Below the pieces are notes generated by a model. That model did no database searches. It was not told where the DNA came from and worked only from the letters and a program-made list of their open reading frames with translations. A DNA stretch of 64,000 nt from assembly GCF_009834535.1 (NCBI RefSeq), contig NC_045698.1, positions 7,628,001 to 7,692,000 on the forward strand, given 5' to 3'. The stretch comes from Camelus ferus. Lineage: Eukaryota. How positions within the stretch are numbered: position 1 is the first letter of the stretch; each line of letters starts with the position of its first letter. Both the position numbers and the translations under genes were made by a program. This document shows positions 61,985 to 64,000 of this stretch, piece after piece.

Positions 61985-63649
61985 CCTCAGTTTGCTCACC
62001 TGTAGAATGGGGGTCAGGTAGAATCCACCGTATGCATTCATTGGGAGGCTTAAGGGAGTTAATGCACAGAAAGTCTGAGATGAGACTCTGAGCTGAGCAC
62101 AGAGATGTCATAACGATCAGTTGCTAATGTTATATTGACCATTTTAGAGACCCTGCACCCCATTTTATTGAGAAGCGACATGATTCAGTGGGGCAAGACC
62201 CTGGGGATCTGCAGCCCAGCATCCACTCCACCCAGATATTCTGTTATATTCTGTTAAAGTGGAGGCACGTCCCCCAGCCTTCTGGGTCCCATGTTGATCC
62301 GTAAGCTGGGGGTGATGATGCCTGGCTTATGTGTGGATTTCTGTGAAGATAACATTAGATGCAAAATGTCCGTGGTTCTTAGCAGCTCCAACGTGTTATA
62401 ATTTTTCTACTCTCAGTCTCTGAGTCATCTTTCTTTTCTTCCTGCCAAGTGGATCAAATCCAATTCCAGCATCAAGCTGGACTGCAGAAGGTCGAACCCT
62501 GAGATGTTTACTCATTGAACTGCACTTCCATCCAGCTCACTGGGCCTAGCATCTTCTGGGTTATTAGAAATCTCGCGAGTTTATTACAGAATCTCATTCT
62601 AAGCTGACGTGGTTCCACGTGGTGTCTCTGATGTGACATATTATCAAACATCAAATACGTTACTTGTCATCCTCTGACACAATGTGCGGTTACTTGCTAT
62701 TTATTGGTGGGTGGTAATACACCTCTCCTCCCTGCTCTGGAGTGGAAACTATTTATTTTAGGGATTTGAGGGGCTGAGGTGGAGAATGGAGTCAGAGCTG
62801 GAGATCAGAGCTGTCTTTTTCTGGAGACGGTGGTGGATATCCATGTTTGCAGCACGACCATTGGCTGAGCCGAGCAAAATGAAGAAAGAGGAAAAAGTGG
62901 CATGCTATGCAGACCCCAGCTTACATTATGCCCACACAGGGGAAGGGAAGCATCCAAAACTGCTGATACAGCCCAGAGTGCACTGCGCCAACCGTGGGGA
63001 GCCGTATTTGCTCAGAGTCAGGTTGGTTTGAGCTCATCTGGTGAGGATTACGTCCCCCACTAGGGCCAGCATAGTGCCTTCTCTCTCTCCTGCATCAGCT
63101 AATTCCCTCAGGTGCTCTGTCCCTGTCTTGTTTTGTTCAAAATACATCTTTTTCCCTCCTCAGCAAACTAGAGTGGAGTTGACAAGAAGTTCTGATAATT
63201 ACTCCCTGAACAATAAATTACTCTGCGGCTGAACTGTGTTAAGTCCACGTGGGGCGTGAGTGCGTTTCAGGGGAAACCCTCTCAAGACAAATGGCAGCAG
63301 GGCTGTGATTACAGCTGAAACGGACAGGCCAGCGGGGCTGTTTCCAGCCTGGTGCTGACTGCCGGGCTGGCGGGAGCTTTCCAGGACAGCCACTGTGAGG
63401 TTGCTGGGCAGAGGGGGGTGTTTGTCCCTTGCTCCGCTCTGTTTGTCCATGGGAGATATAAAGGGAATAAGCCCAGGAAGGAGGGTTTCCAGTTTTCACT
63501 CCTTCCTTCACTCACTGATCTGTCAGACCCACGCTGACACTCGGACAGCCCAGCTGCTGTGGGTGACCAGTGTTCATCGCCGGCCTCCGTCTGATGGGTC
63601 TGTGCCCACTGCCTGGGCTGAACCAGATGTTCACTACTGTGAACATCGC

Positions 63650-63900
63650 CCCATTAATCCAATTTGTCTGAGCACCTGCTATTCTCTGAGCACGATGGAA
63701 AGCCCTGGAAATATAAAAATGAATGTCCTGGTGCTTGTCCTCAAGGAATATATACAAATGAGTGGGGGAACATAGCTGCTTAAAGGCAAAAAAGACCCCT
63801 AAATTTGATGTAAGTAGAAGAAGCACCAGGATGCAGTGTTTGAAGAACTGAGGGAGGCTTTCTAGAGCAGGACAGGGTGAGTGGGAATTTGAGGGTAAGA
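63650..63900 (-). mobile_element. L2 LINE relic
   Basis: TTTGTCTGAGCACCTGCTATTCTCTGAGCAC...CTTGTCCTCAAGGA...AGGGAGGCTTTCTAGAG. Confidence 0.55.
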
Positions 63901-64000
63901 GGAGACCCCGAATTACCAGAAAGTGTAGTCCATTTGGGACACGGCAGCATCTGGTGTGGGTACGTGGGGGAGGAGCGGAGCCCCTTGAGAAGTGCCTGGA

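Noticed and set aside
62570..62625. TCTCGCGAG, TGACGTGG and CACGTG close together
   Set aside because: Imperfect BANP/ZBTB33 motif outside a CpG island; unsupported without conservation data.

Overview
Mammalian nuclear DNA, most likely camelid (alpaca/llama/camel). The taxon call rests on five copies of a tRNA-derived SINE resembling the camelid Vic-1 family and on a young L1 3' end with an intact TSD. I find no supportable protein-coding exon, intact RNA gene, CRISPR array or prokaryotic system. The ORF track is essentially noise apart from L1 ORF2 remnants. The window is intergenic or intronic and is a patchwork of L1 fragments, MaLR (MLT1) and ERV solo LTRs, Tigger/MER2 and hAT MITEs, MIR/L2 relics and microsatellites, with some repeat-poor blocks that may be regulatory. 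The most notable signals are retrotransposition fossils: a tailless 5'-half tRNA-Arg(TCT) retrocopy with TSDs, a ~2 kb mosaic L1 with an apparent 3' transduction ending at a Tigger1-derived poly(A) signal, and a young L1 with a T16 tract plus 34-bp inversion at its 5' end. There is also a decayed ~85-bp palindrome followed by T22, and a palindromic pair of overlapping CTCF-like motifs. Repeat family names come from recalled consensus sequences, not from a database search, and boundaries of old repeats are approximate. I see no evidence for a new multi-gene biological system.
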